Assembly: GCA_044868145.1 (NCBI GenBank)
Contig: JBIOWE010000004.1
Span: forward strand, 203,197 to 267,196
Length of the DNA stretch: 64,000 nucleotides
Source: Patescibacteria group bacterium
GTDB lineage: Bacteria; Patescibacteriota; Patescibacteriia; UBA10025; JBIOWE01
Reading direction: 5' to 3'
A model generated the notes under the pieces. That model saw only the letters and a program-made list of their open reading frames with translations, made no database searches and had not been told where the DNA came from. Numbering within the stretch: the stretch's first letter is position 1; every line of letters starts with the position of its first letter. Positions 19,503 to 29,555 of the stretch are shown in pieces. The position numbers were made by a program, and so were the translations under genes.

Positions 19503-20521
19503 AACCCGAACGAATTGTCCTTGGCAATGAAGGTCAGGAAGATACCGTTTTAGATGTGACGCTTCGGCCAAGCAGCCTGAACGAATTTGTCGGTCAAAGC
19601 AAACTCAAAGAAAATTTGCGTATTTTTGTTGGCGCAGCAAAGAAACGGAAGCAATCACTTGAGCACGTGTTGTTTTATGGCCCCCCAGGAATAGGCAAAA
19701 CAACGCTCGCCCATATCATCGCCCATGAGATGGGTAAAAGCATTCGTGTCACGAGCGGCCCGGCTATAGAACGCGCCGGCGATCTAGGCGCCATCCTGAC
19801 AAACTTGGAGGACGGCGACATCTTGTTTATCGACGAAATCCACCGTCTGAATCGTCTTATCGAAGAGGTGCTGTACCCCGCTATGGAAGAATACTCGCTC
19901 GATATTATCACCGGCAAAGGCCCGGCCGCGGATACTGTACGACTCGACCTGCCGCATTTCACGCTGGTTGGTGCAACAACCAAACCGAGCTTACTGTCGT
20001 CGCCACTGCGCGACCGGTTCGGTATGACCTATAGAATCGATTTTTACGATGATGCCGACATTGAGCAGATTCTGGATCGGTCGAGCCATATTCTTGGTAT
20101 CTCGCTCGGCTCAGGCGCTTCCGAGGAGATCGCCAAACGCTCGAGAAAAACGCCGCGCATCGCAAACCGTTTACTCAAACGCGTGCGCGACTTCGCAGAA
20201 ATGAAGCATGGCGGCGCTGTAACCGCTGCCGTGGCGCAGGACGCCTTGGCGCGCCTGGAAATAGATGAGCGAGGACTTGATGACCTTGACCGAAAAATCC
20301 TTCGCACGATTGTTGAAAAATTTGGCGGTGGGCCCGTTGGTGTCACGACAATAGCGCAGTCCGTTGCCGAAGACCGTGCCACCATTGAAGACGTCTATGA
20401 GCCGTTTTTAATGCAGCTAGGGTTTTTGGCGCGCACCTCGCGCGGCCGCGTGGTCACTGAATCTGGTTATCGGCATATCGGTAAGGAATCGCCCGGAGAT
20501 TTGCAAAAACGATTGATATAA
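19460..20521 (+). CDS. ruvB: Holliday junction branch migration helicase RuvB
   Basis: AAA+ Walker A ([15 protein letters not shown]), sensor motifs and a winged-helix C-terminus. The start may be the second ATG at 19481 (MSAQNN). Confidence 0.93.
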   Translation: MRLHTKHMSAQNNLKPERIVLGNEGQEDTVLDVTLRPSSLNEFVGQSKLKENLRIFVGAAKKRKQSLEHVLFYGPPGIGKTTLAHIIAHEMGKSIRVTSGPAIERAGDLGAILTNLEDGDILFIDEIHRLNRLIEEVLYPAMEEYSLDIITGKGPAADTVRLDLPHFTLVGATTKPSLLSSPLRDRFGMTYRIDFYDDADIEQILDRSSHILGISLGSGASEEIAKRSRKTPRIANRLLKRVRDFAEMKHGGAVTAAVAQDALARLEIDERGLDDLDRKILRTIVEKFGGGPVGVTTIAQSVAEDRATIEDVYEPFLMQLGFLARTSRGRVVTESGYRHIGKESPGDLQKRLI

Positions 20522-20524
20522 AAA

Positions 20525-20560
20525 ACGCCAGAATGAATTATTATGTTCTGGCGTCTTGGT
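20525..20560. terminator. Bidirectional intrinsic terminator (ACGCCAGAA...TTCTGGCGT), strongest on the minus strand
   Basis: GC-rich 9-bp stem with AAAAA on one side and CTTGGTT on the other, between ruvB (+) and the minus-strand ORF ending at 20580. Confidence 0.7.
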
Positions 20561-20579
20561 TACGAGCCGCGACTATTTT

Positions 20580-20918
20580 TCACTTTACGGTCCATGTCCT
20601 CTTCTCCATGTGCCCTCCTTTGTATAGTAGGCTGTTTAAGACTACTGGGAGACGTGGGAATTGGAAATGCGCACACGTGGCGTCTTCGCAGATAGAGATC
20701 AGCACTTCTTTGCCTTCAGCAATAATGTACCCAAAAAGAAGTTGCCGTTTATCGTTTTCGCAGTGCACGCACTTCGGTGGAACGAATGTAACCGCAAATA
20801 TCTCGTGCGGTAACGTTCGGACTACTTGATTGTTGGGTAGGCCTCCATTGTAGACCACTGCAATGAATCTCAGCGATTCTTCAACGGTCATTTTCTCCTG
20901 CTTTATCATGGTGACCAC
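20580..20918 (-). CDS. Hypothetical protein with two Cys pairs (CVHC...CEDATC), possible zinc ribbon
   Basis: 112-aa ORF followed by a terminator on its own strand. Confidence 0.45.
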   Translation of the reverse strand: MVTMIKQEKMTVEESLRFIAVVYNGGLPNNQVVRTLPHEIFAVTFVPPKCVHCENDKRQLLFGYIIAEGKEVLISICEDATCAHFQFPRLPVVLNSLLYKGGHMEKRTWTVK

Positions 20919-21123
20919 CTCTTTCTCTCACGCGGCTCGTATCTTTCTATTATGAAAGAGCATATTCAACAGTACTCCTAGACCATCATCATTGTCAAAC
21001 ATACATAGTGGATAACTGGAAAGTGCTCATTCTTGTTATTGTGGCCCAAGAGGCGAAAGTTGCATCTTGTATTCAACCAGCATTCGTTTCCAACGCAACG
21101 TGCGTTTGCTATACTGAAGCCGT

Positions 21124-21372
21124 ATGACCATTGCCTATTCCGTTTTTCTGATCATCTACCTCGCGATCGTGGCGTTTTTTTTATTGTTTTCTACGTTTAA
21201 TATCTATAATATCGTCCGGTTCGGCTACATGCAGCGCACTGCCGTGATGGTTACGCTCGCTTACCTTCTCCTCGTCGCGGGCATCATGGTTGCTACATGG
21301 GGATTGTTACGTGAGATCAACTGGACGAATACATTAGAAATCGGATCACCATTCACGCAAATAACTGAGTAA
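21124..21372 (+). CDS. Small membrane protein (2 TM), hypothetical
   Basis: 82-aa ORF with two hydrophobic helices. It sits directly upstream of the PH-domain membrane protein and may form a pair with it. Confidence 0.5.
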   Translation: MTIAYSVFLIIYLAIVAFFLLFSTFNIYNIVRFGYMQRTAVMVTLAYLLLVAGIMVATWGLLREINWTNTLEIGSPFTQITE

Positions 21373-21374
21373 CT

Positions 21375-21944
21375 ATGGAATTTCCCGGCCAATTACCGAA
21401 TGAGCGCGTGATTCTGCTGGTGCGAAGGCACACCTTCGTTCTTATTCGTCAGGTGCTCCTTTTAGTTATCGCCATGCTACTTCCCTTGGTCGTGTCTTAT
21501 TTCTTACAGAACTATACGACCGTTACACAAGATCCAACGAGTCTCTTGTATCTTTTGATCGTGCTCGGGGGCAGCGTGTATTATTTATTTATTATCTTAT
21601 TTTTATTCTCTTCGTGGGTTGATTACTACCTCGACATTTGGGTTGTCACGAGCGACCGTATTGTCAGCATTGAGCAGAAAGGCCTGTTTTCGCGAACCGT
21701 CGGAGAGCTGAAGCTGTATAGAGTTCAAGACGTAACGTCAAACGTCCGCGGGTTTTTACCCACCATGTTTCGGTATGGGGACGTGCGCATAGAAACCGCG
21801 GGCGAGCAAAGCCAGTTCACTTTTGAGCAGGTGCCGCATCCTGAACAAGTCGCAAAAATCATTATGGAAGCGCATGACCGATCTATGCAAGAAAAAGGCA
21901 TACAGGTTGATGGCATGGCGCAGGTTCAACAAACAAAAAAATAA
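21375..21944 (+). CDS. Bacterial PH-domain (bPH_2, YdbS/YdbT-like) membrane protein
   Basis: Two TM helices followed by a PH-like segment (DRIVSIEQKGLFSRTVGELKLYRVQDV...FRYGDVRIETAG). Confidence 0.65.
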   Translation: MEFPGQLPNERVILLVRRHTFVLIRQVLLLVIAMLLPLVVSYFLQNYTTVTQDPTSLLYLLIVLGGSVYYLFIILFLFSSWVDYYLDIWVVTSDRIVSIEQKGLFSRTVGELKLYRVQDVTSNVRGFLPTMFRYGDVRIETAGEQSQFTFEQVPHPEQVAKIIMEAHDRSMQEKGIQVDGMAQVQQTKK

Positions 21945-22015
21945 TGCGAAGAGTCACCGCAAACGTCGCTTAGCGTCTTTATTCTTCCAAAAGCGTCTTC
22001 ATCCGACTGGCATGG

Positions 22016-22046
22016 GTCGCCCCGCCACATCGGCGGGGCCTATTTG
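22016..22046. terminator. Hairpin GCCCCGCC-acatc-GGCGGGGC downstream of the repeat-protein gene
   Basis: 8-bp GC stem followed by an A/T-rich stretch, lying between convergent genes. Confidence 0.5.
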
Positions 22047-22076
22047 GTATATTGAAGGTTATTTCGTCGAGAGAGC

Positions 22077-22748
22077 TTAATCTTCCAGTAAGGTTTTCAT
22101 GCGACTGGCCTGGGCGGCAAACGCGCCCCAGTAATTTTTGTCGCGTTTTGCCTGTAATTCTTGTGCTATTTGTTCCCAGTCCCGGGCAGTTAAGCGCACG
22201 GCTCGAAACTTCTTCGGATCGATATGTTTCATATTCGCTGCGTGTTTCGTAAACTTGCCGGTAATATCCTGGTCTTTGAGGTCATTGAGCTTGCCAAGCA
22301 TGCCTTTCCATTCTTTTTCGCCGATAGTAATTGTTTGAAAACGCTCGGGGTCAAGTCGTTTAAGATGCGTTGCGTGCGCAGCGTAATTTTGCCAGTTACT
22401 GAACACTGCGAATTTTTTTAAAGCGACCATCATTTCTTTCCAGTCGTTTTCCGCGATGGTAATGTTGGCGAACCGTTGTTCATCAATCGGTTTCATGCGT
22501 GCGGCGCGCGCAGTGAACGCGAACCAGTCCTTGTTGGCTTTGTATTTTTCTAACTCGCGCGTCATTGCGTTCCATTGGTCGTCGGTAATGGTAATGTCTT
22601 TGCGAAAACGTTCCGGATTAATGTTCGCCATGCGCGCGGCATGCCACGTGAAATCACGCCAAAACCTGCCTCGAAGGTAATTCTCCGCCTCGGTTTTCAT
22701 GTTTTGCCAGTCCTTTTCCGTGATGTTGAATACGCTTGGTTGCGACAT
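22077..22748 (-). CDS. Tandem-repeat protein: five consecutive 44-aa repeats (I-T-I-x-E-x-D-W ... H-A-A-x-M-K-x-I-D-P-E-R-F), hypothetical
   Basis: The translation divides cleanly into 5 units with conserved W, W/F, HAA, MK and DPERF positions. No family recognised. Confidence 0.6.
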   Translation of the reverse strand: MSQPSVFNITEKDWQNMKTEAENYLRGRFWRDFTWHAARMANINPERFRKDITITDDQWNAMTRELEKYKANKDWFAFTARAARMKPIDEQRFANITIAENDWKEMMVALKKFAVFSNWQNYAAHATHLKRLDPERFQTITIGEKEWKGMLGKLNDLKDQDITGKFTKHAANMKHIDPKKFRAVRLTARDWEQIAQELQAKRDKNYWGAFAAQASRMKTLLED

Positions 22749-22887
22749 ATCTTGTATTATACCTGTCCTGGCAGATCTTTTGAACTGCCGTGCCTGGGTA
22801 CAGATGCGGTATCTATAAAATCAACCCAGAAGGTACTTGCCTTGCCTGGGGTGAGATTGCCGATGACCGAAGCGATCCCTCGTAACT

Positions 22888-23133
22888 TCAGATGCTTGAT
22901 AAGGTTGGCGGAGAGACGGACTCTCCAGGCGCAAGTGAAGCAGCGCCGTATGAGCCAACAAAGCCGGTTTGTATGAGCACGGTCGGTGTTTGCGTATTCT
23001 GATATGATTCGCTTCGAGCTGCTCCGTCTGGGTTATCGGAAGAATACGCGCCTTCTTGGTTCAAGAGAATGAAGGCAGCGACAAGGAAGACCATCATAAC
23101 GGTAAGGAGTGGGCTAATGTGCTTTTTGCGCAT
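22888..23133 (-). CDS. Small putative secreted protein (81 aa), hypothetical
   Basis: N-terminal hydrophobic segment. No SD. Low support. Confidence 0.25.
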   Translation of the reverse strand: MRKKHISPLLTVMMVFLVAAFILLNQEGAYSSDNPDGAARSESYQNTQTPTVLIQTGFVGSYGAASLAPGESVSPPTLSSI

Positions 23134-23393
23134 AAAAACGAAAAAAGTGTTTATCGATCCCCATAGATATAAACACCTTCATATCTGAAGTTATTCGTGC
23201 TGGTTTTTGTTTTGTGTTTTTGAGACCGCTTTGGTCTGAAAACTCCGTTGAAGGTCTTGGGAGTCGATTTTTATTTTTGTTTGTGGAACAACAAGTGTTC
23301 TACTATGTATGATAGCAAATTTTTTCCGCGTTGTCAATGGCATCGAAACATGATAGCATACAGAAATAGAGACGCCAGCTGTCATAGGATAGA

Positions 23394-24863
23394 TTGCGTC
23401 TCTCGTTTTTCTCAAGGACCATGTCGTATACACGACGAATTGCGCATAATACAATCATTCAGATTATTGGTAAGGCGATTAGTACAGCAATCGGCGTTTT
23501 TGTTATTGCACTCCTGACCAGATATCTCGGTCGCGCCGGCTTTGGGCAGTACTATACGATTCTCGCTTTCCTCCAGATTTTCGGAGTCATCGTCGACATG
23601 GGGTTGTATATTATATTGATAAAGAAAATGTCAGAGCCTGGTACCGATCGCGACGTTCTGGCGAGCAACATCTTCACGCTCCGATTCATTTCCGCTTTTG
23701 TCTTGCTCGGACTCGCACCACTTGCCGTTTTATTTTTCCCTTACCCGGCAATTGTAAAAACCGGCGTGCTTATCGCAACGCTTTCCTATTTTGCCATTAC
23801 GCTCAATCAAACACTCACGGGTGTTTTTCAGGTTCATTTACAAATGTATAAGACGGCCACTGCTGAAGTGGTCGGCAGGATAGTTCTTCTGCTCGGAACC
23901 ATTTACGTCATTCGACAAGACGCCGGGCTTCTATGGGTGATGGTTGTCGTCGTACTCGGTAGCCTTCTGAATTTTTTCATAACATTTGCATACGCCAAGA
24001 AACTCGTGCGCATTCGCCCACGTTTCGACCTTCACCTTTGGAAGGATATTCTGCGTGAGTCATGGCCTATCGCGCTTTCGATTATCTTTAATCTTGTTTA
24101 TTTTAAAGCAGATACGATCATCCTCTCTCTTTACAAAGGAGCGGACGAGGTTGGCATCTATGGCGCAAGCTATCGAGTGCTTGAAGTACTCATCACGTTT
24201 CCCGCCATGTTTGCCGGGCTGGTGACGCCACTGCTCGCCTCGAGCTGGGCTGCGCAGGACCGCGAACGATTCAAGCGAGTGTTGCGTAAGGGATTCGACT
24301 TCATGGCCATGATCGCAATTCCACTCGTCGTTGGCACGATCTTTCTCGCCACACCCGTGATGAATCTCGTTGCACCATCATTTACGAATGCAGATAAAGT
24401 CCTACGCATCTTGATTGTAGCGACCGCTACCATTTTTATCGGAAACTTATTCGGGAACACCGTTGTGGCGCTCAATAAACAAAAAACAATGATGTGGCTG
24501 TATATTGTCGTGGCAGTGGTGTCTCTCGTCGGCTATTTAGTGCTTATTCCACGTTTTTCCTATTTCGGAGCGGCAGCGATGACCGTTGCTTCAGAGCTGA
24601 TGGTAACGATTGCAGCGCTCGTTATCGTTGGCGTCACGTCGCGCATCTGGCCATCATTTGTTTTATTCGGTAAATCGTTGATTGCCGCGGGCGTCATGGC
24701 GATTGCTCTGTCGTTCCTACAATCGTGGAATCTTTTCCTTTTGATTGTTATTGCATTAGTCGTGTATTCCGTTATGCTCTTCCTGCTTCGAGCAATTTCA
24801 AAAGAAACAATCTATGAAATCTTGCGACTGCGTGGTGGTGATAACCAGGCGACGCCCGTATGA
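23394..24863 (+). CDS. Polysaccharide biosynthesis flippase (Wzx-like, MOP superfamily)
   Basis: About 12 TM helices with an N-terminus typical of oligosaccharide flippases. The true start may be at 23421 (MSYTRR). Confidence 0.75.
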   Translation: MRLSFFSRTMSYTRRIAHNTIIQIIGKAISTAIGVFVIALLTRYLGRAGFGQYYTILAFLQIFGVIVDMGLYIILIKKMSEPGTDRDVLASNIFTLRFISAFVLLGLAPLAVLFFPYPAIVKTGVLIATLSYFAITLNQTLTGVFQVHLQMYKTATAEVVGRIVLLLGTIYVIRQDAGLLWVMVVVVLGSLLNFFITFAYAKKLVRIRPRFDLHLWKDILRESWPIALSIIFNLVYFKADTIILSLYKGADEVGIYGASYRVLEVLITFPAMFAGLVTPLLASSWAAQDRERFKRVLRKGFDFMAMIAIPLVVGTIFLATPVMNLVAPSFTNADKVLRILIVATATIFIGNLFGNTVVALNKQKTMMWLYIVVAVVSLVGYLVLIPRFSYFGAAAMTVASELMVTIAALVIVGVTSRIWPSFVLFGKSLIAAGVMAIALSFLQSWNLFLLIVIALVVYSVMLFLLRAISKETIYEILRLRGGDNQATPV

Positions 24864-26002
24864 TGAACGTTCTTATCTTAAAATTTCCCTACCAGTCACT
24901 ATTTGGCGGTGGCGAATGGCACACGTTGAAACTCGTGGAAGGGTTGCAACTCAAAGGCTACCGATTCTTCCTTGCTTCATCGTGTCCGGTGTTGTTGCGG
25001 GAATTCGCGAAGCGCCGCTGGCCGACAAAACGCTTCTGGGCTGGCAAAGAGCCGGTCAGCATGGGCGCGCTCATCTTGTTTCCGTTCACGCTACCATTCG
25101 TCGTTATTGCGCTCTTTGCTCTGCTTTTATATTACCGTGTGGCCAAGCGGGTCAAGGTGGTGTACTGTATGCAACTAACGGAAAAAATATTACTGGCGCC
25201 GTTCGCGCGAATGCTCGGTATGCGTGTTATTTGGATTGAGCACGTGACCCCTGGTCGTTGGTTTAGGGCAAATCCCCTCAAAGCACTCTATCGACGGTGC
25301 GCGCGTCTTGTAACCATTGTTGTTATCTCTGATATTATCAAAAAAGAGTATGCCGATCTGGGCGTGCCTGCGGATCGCATGGTCAGAATTTATCCGGGCG
25401 TGGATAGCGCGCACATCAAACAAAAGCAAGTTTATTGGGACAAGCCCAATCGTTTGATCGTGGGCGTGGTCGCTCGCCTTGTGCAAGAAAAGGGCATTGA
25501 ATTTTTCTTGCAAGCGCTAAAAATCGTCCGCGACATTATTCCGAATGCTCAAGCCATTGTCGTGGGTGACGGACCGGAACGAGAAAAACTTGAATGGCTA
25601 AGTCGCCAGCTGCAGTTGAAAGAGCATGTGCAATGGGTAGGCTACCAGCAGGACGTTGAGCAATGGTATAGTTATTTCGATATGTTCGTGTTGCCATCGG
25701 TCGTGCGCGAGTCGTTCGGCATTGTGCTTGTTCAGGCGATGGCAGCGGGCGTGCCAGTCATCGGCTCTCGCCTTGGGGGCATACGTGAAATTATCGATGA
25801 TGGCAGCACAGGCCTTCTGGCGGAGCCCGGCTCGAGCCAGTCGATAGCGGATTGCATCATGCGTTTGTATACAGACAAAGCGCTGACGCAGTCAATCGTG
25901 TCTGCGGCACATGAAAAGGTTCAGCAATCATTTAGTATAGATTCAATGCTTCGCGATTTTTCGATTATTTTTTCAGGCAAACACCATGGACCACGCGATT
26001 GA
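24860..26002 (+). CDS. Glycosyltransferase family 4 (GT-B fold)
   Basis: GT4 C-terminal motif (ESFGIVLVQAMAAGVPVIGSRLGGIREIIDDGSTGLL). Start overlaps the flippase stop by 4 nt. Confidence 0.85.
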   Translation: MMNVLILKFPYQSLFGGGEWHTLKLVEGLQLKGYRFFLASSCPVLLREFAKRRWPTKRFWAGKEPVSMGALILFPFTLPFVVIALFALLLYYRVAKRVKVVYCMQLTEKILLAPFARMLGMRVIWIEHVTPGRWFRANPLKALYRRCARLVTIVVISDIIKKEYADLGVPADRMVRIYPGVDSAHIKQKQVYWDKPNRLIVGVVARLVQEKGIEFFLQALKIVRDIIPNAQAIVVGDGPEREKLEWLSRQLQLKEHVQWVGYQQDVEQWYSYFDMFVLPSVVRESFGIVLVQAMAAGVPVIGSRLGGIREIIDDGSTGLLAEPGSSQSIADCIMRLYTDKALTQSIVSAAHEKVQQSFSIDSMLRDFSIIFSGKHHGPRD

Positions 26003-27458
26003 ACTTCCGCATAAACAAAAGTATCTCTTGGTCGGTGCTGCGCTTCTGGCCGCTCTGATGCTTAGTGTGCTTAACGCGTTTACGCCCCCATTATTTTTTC
26101 TCGCGGGACTGGCGTTTATCGCGCTTGCCGTTCTGATATTCCGTTCGCCTCTTTTTGGCATCGCAATCGTTGGCTTTTTGCTGCCGTTTGAGCGTATAGG
26201 CGCATACGAACTTGGTAGAACGACAGTTCGATTAAGCCAGGTTTTTCTCATTGTTACTATCGCAGCGTTTCTTGCGTACGTAGTACGTAAGCGTGATCGC
26301 TTCATTGGCTCGAACCCGCTGCTCATCGCGCTACTTTTGTTTATCGCGGCGAACGTGTTGTCATTGGTGAATACCGTCAACCTTACTCGGTCCGTTTTTG
26401 TGCTCATATTTACTGCTTTCACGGTGGTTCTTGCCTGGCTTGTGCCGGCTATCGTCAAAACGCAGAGATCCATTCGAACAATCATTCTCGTGTTGCTCGC
26501 AAGTTGCTTCTTGGTAAGCGCGTTCGGTATTTTTCAATTTTTTGGAGACATGGTTGGCCTGCCGACGTCCATCACCGGCCTGCGTGATCTCTATACAAAA
26601 GACGTGCTGGGGTTCCCGCGTGTGCAATCCACGGCGTATGAACCACTGTATTTTGCCAATTACCTTTTACTGCCTCTCAGTCTCGCATTCGCACTTTTTT
26701 TATCGAAACGACAGCAATTGAAATCATCCTGGCTCCTGATCATACTTATTCTCGGAACGGCGAGCTTTGTCCTTACCGTATCGCGCGGGGGCTACATCGC
26801 GTTTACTGTCTCCATGCTCGTGATTTGTATCGCGTATTTTCGTAAAGTGTTTCGGCTGCGCAACATCGTCATATTTGTGGCTGCCACGACCTTCCTTTGG
26901 TGGTTTGTGGTGAAAGCGCTCGGTTTTGGCGGCGGCCTCTTTACTCTCGATACGTTTAAAGAACATGTGGGCAATGTGTTTTATGGCGCCTCATTTAATG
27001 AGCGCGTGTATACGCTCGAGCAAGCCCAAACTGCATTTCGCGAGCACCCCCTTGTTGGTATCGGCGTCGGCGCGTTTGGTCCGTATGTTGCGCCCCATCC
27101 ATATTACATGCCGAAAGATGGCTGGAAAATCGTGAACAACGAGTTCGTTGAGATTCTTGCGGAAACGGGCTTGCTCGGTTTTCTTACGTTTTTTCTTGTT
27201 GTGCTCGTTCTCATCGTGCGCTCGATTAAGGCGATTTTGAGATCACGTGACCCGTACTTGAAAGCTATTATGGTTGCGTTGTTCGCGGCATTTATCGGCG
27301 TGCTCGTACAATACCAAACATTCTCCACGCTCTATATTATGCATGTATGGTTTTTGATTGGTTTGATGGTGGCGGCGCAGAATATAATCCTGGAAGGGGC
27401 AACCCTTCGGGTTTCCCCTTCCCACGCCTCCCCTTCCTCTCCCGAGATGAAAGCTTGA
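25986..27458 (+). CDS. O-antigen ligase/polymerase-like membrane protein (Wzy_C domain), copy 1
   Basis: Polytopic membrane protein with a Wzy_C-like motif (LTVSRGGYIAFTVSML). Confidence 0.7.
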   Translation: MDHAIELPHKQKYLLVGAALLAALMLSVLNAFTPPLFFLAGLAFIALAVLIFRSPLFGIAIVGFLLPFERIGAYELGRTTVRLSQVFLIVTIAAFLAYVVRKRDRFIGSNPLLIALLLFIAANVLSLVNTVNLTRSVFVLIFTAFTVVLAWLVPAIVKTQRSIRTIILVLLASCFLVSAFGIFQFFGDMVGLPTSITGLRDLYTKDVLGFPRVQSTAYEPLYFANYLLLPLSLAFALFLSKRQQLKSSWLLIILILGTASFVLTVSRGGYIAFTVSMLVICIAYFRKVFRLRNIVIFVAATTFLWWFVVKALGFGGGLFTLDTFKEHVGNVFYGASFNERVYTLEQAQTAFREHPLVGIGVGAFGPYVAPHPYYMPKDGWKIVNNEFVEILAETGLLGFLTFFLVVLVLIVRSIKAILRSRDPYLKAIMVALFAAFIGVLVQYQTFSTLYIMHVWFLIGLMVAAQNIILEGATLRVSPSHASPSSPEMKA

Positions 27459-27679
27459 TTGGCTCGTTTCGGGCACCCACGAGACCCGAAACATCGCGTG
27501 GTATGTTCACGCTTGTCAGCTCGATTCATGCAGCAGAAAATAAATTTTCTGCTACGCGACATGACGCTTGTTACGCAATCCATCCGTAGACGAAGATTTA
27601 TCTTCGTCTTTGTAAACCCGTGGCTGATTTTGTCGATTAACCGATTAACTGATTAACAAGATCGTGTTACAATTCAACC

Positions 27680-28939
27680 ATGTTTGAAACGATTTTGATT
27701 ATCATTTTTACTCTGTTCTTCTTTTGGGTTGCTTGGTGGAAGCTCGATTGGGCGATTGCGCTCACCATAGTATTCCTTCCTACCTATCTTTTGCGCTTCC
27801 AAGTATGGTTCGTACCGATGACGATTTTGGAGATCATGCTGCTCGCGGTATTCGTCGTTTGGCTTATTCAATCCTTGTTACGTAAAATACCGATTCAATT
27901 TCCTTGGCGCTTCCTAATAGCATTGTTCGTATTGGCCGGCGTAGCCGCTATTGTGGTCTCGCCAGACACACGCCAGGCGCTTGGTTTATGGAAGGCATAT
28001 ATCCTAGAGCCCGTATTGTTTTTTATAGCGTTCGTCAATACGATAAAAACCGAACAACAGGTGCGAACGGTGATCTGGGCGCTTGGTGCGCTCGCCGTGC
28101 TCGTTGGCTATGGTACGTTCATACAATATCTCGGGCTCGCGCCGATTCCCGAACCGTATGGCCTCGAAATACCGATACGCGCCACGTCGGTATTCCCCTT
28201 TCCAACGGCAGTTGGCAAGCTTATTGGTCCATTACTTGGTTTGTTCTTGGGCCTTGCGTTTGTCAGAGGTACATTAGAAAGCGAACCGTGGCGACGAAAA
28301 ATGTTCCTTTGGGGCGTGATCGCGTTTTCGATCATTGCCTTAGTGTTGTCTTTCTCGCGTGGGGCGCTCATCGGTGCGTTTGTTGCTTTAATCTTCGTTA
28401 GCTTCTTCAGTCAATGGAAAAAATGGCTGTGGTTAGGAATTGTCGGACTAATAGTGCTGACACTCGTTTTTCCATTTACGAGGAATGAGCTTGTGTCCGT
28501 GTTCAATGTGCGTGACACGTCTGCAGATGTGCATCGTGTGCTCTGGAAAGGCGCAATCCGTATCGTGAAAGCTAATCCAATTACCGGCACGGGGCTTGCG
28601 AGCTTTCCTATTGTGTATGAAAAGTATAAAGAAGCGTCGCATACTGAATTTTTTCCGAACCCGGACCACCTTATTCTCACGCTCTGGATTGAGATGGGGC
28701 TTGCTGGCCTGATTATTTTTGCTTGGCTTGTCGTGAAATTTTTCCGCGCGGGCTGTCTCGCGCTCAGAAATGCGCAGCCATGGCAGCGCTCCCTTGTGGT
28801 CGGCTTGATGGCCGCGATGGTGGCGATCATTGTGCACGGATTTTTTGATACGCCGTATTTTAAGAATGACTTGGCTGTCGAGTTTTGGGTGTTGGTGGGG
28901 TTGATGGTACTTATACGACGTTTACCAACATCCTCTTGA
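27680..28939 (+). CDS. O-antigen ligase/polymerase-like membrane protein (Wzy_C domain), copy 2
   Basis: Polytopic membrane protein with motif LSFSRGALIGAFVALIF, paralogous in architecture to the gene at 25986-27458. Confidence 0.7.
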   Translation: MFETILIIIFTLFFFWVAWWKLDWAIALTIVFLPTYLLRFQVWFVPMTILEIMLLAVFVVWLIQSLLRKIPIQFPWRFLIALFVLAGVAAIVVSPDTRQALGLWKAYILEPVLFFIAFVNTIKTEQQVRTVIWALGALAVLVGYGTFIQYLGLAPIPEPYGLEIPIRATSVFPFPTAVGKLIGPLLGLFLGLAFVRGTLESEPWRRKMFLWGVIAFSIIALVLSFSRGALIGAFVALIFVSFFSQWKKWLWLGIVGLIVLTLVFPFTRNELVSVFNVRDTSADVHRVLWKGAIRIVKANPITGTGLASFPIVYEKYKEASHTEFFPNPDHLILTLWIEMGLAGLIIFAWLVVKFFRAGCLALRNAQPWQRSLVVGLMAAMVAIIVHGFFDTPYFKNDLAVEFWVLVGLMVLIRRLPTSS

Positions 28940-29019
28940 CGGCTACATTATTTCTTTGCTAAGGTGTGAATATATGGATCTTTTAGAAGAAGCAACTTAA
29001 CAAGAAAAAAGGAGGAAGT

Positions 29020-29442
29020 ATGGCAGGAGCAGATGGTGGCGGTTTTTTTAACGTGTACGACACCGAATTGCCTTTTACGCTCGAACGCGATGAAGTAGAA
29101 GAGCTGCAAGATGTTGATACGCAGCTGCAACTTCTTCAGGAGGAGAGGATTCAACTGAAAGTCCGATTGGCCTATAAGAAAGGATTTGCCTCGAAAGACC
29201 TTAAGGCATTAAAAACGATTGATGGCAGCTCATTCATTAGGATAAAGACAAATCCTTGTTATGCAACTGCTTCAAATGGAGACAAGGCGTATCTCTGTTG
29301 TGACGAATTCTCCCAGGTCGTCCGTTGTGGCTGGGTTAAGGGTGAACCAAATACTTCAAGATATGCAGAAGCACTTCTCCGAAATAATGAGTCACGGCAT
29401 TGTGTACTTTGTTGGAAAACCGTCAAGGCCATGATACGGTAG
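29020..29442 (+). CDS. Hypothetical protein (140 aa) with a cysteine cluster
   Basis: Strong SD (aaaaggaggaagtATG). Followed by an intrinsic terminator. No family recognised. Confidence 0.55.
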   Translation: MAGADGGGFFNVYDTELPFTLERDEVEELQDVDTQLQLLQEERIQLKVRLAYKKGFASKDLKALKTIDGSSFIRIKTNPCYATASNGDKAYLCCDEFSQVVRCGWVKGEPNTSRYAEALLRNNESRHCVLCWKTVKAMIR

Positions 29443-29452
29443 CAGTTTAAGC

Positions 29453-29492
29453 CCCCGCATTTCGTCAACTGACTTTGCGGGGTGTTTATTTT
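29453..29492 (+). terminator. Intrinsic terminator (CCCCGCA...TGCGGGG + TGTTTATTTT)
   Basis: 7-bp GC stem and a T-run, 10 nt after the stop of the ORF at 29020-29442. Confidence 0.7.
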
Positions 29493-29522
29493 CCACTGTT
29501 CCACTGTCATCTCGAATAAAAA

Positions 29523-29553
29523 AGCCGCTCGGTTCATTACCGCGCGGCTTTTG
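29523..29553 (-). terminator. Intrinsic terminator for the minus-strand ORF at 29556-29951 (AAGCCGC...GCGGCTT, T-run on the minus strand)
   Basis: Hairpin followed, on the minus strand, by TTTTTTATTCG. Confidence 0.65.
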
Positions 29554-29555
29554 GT

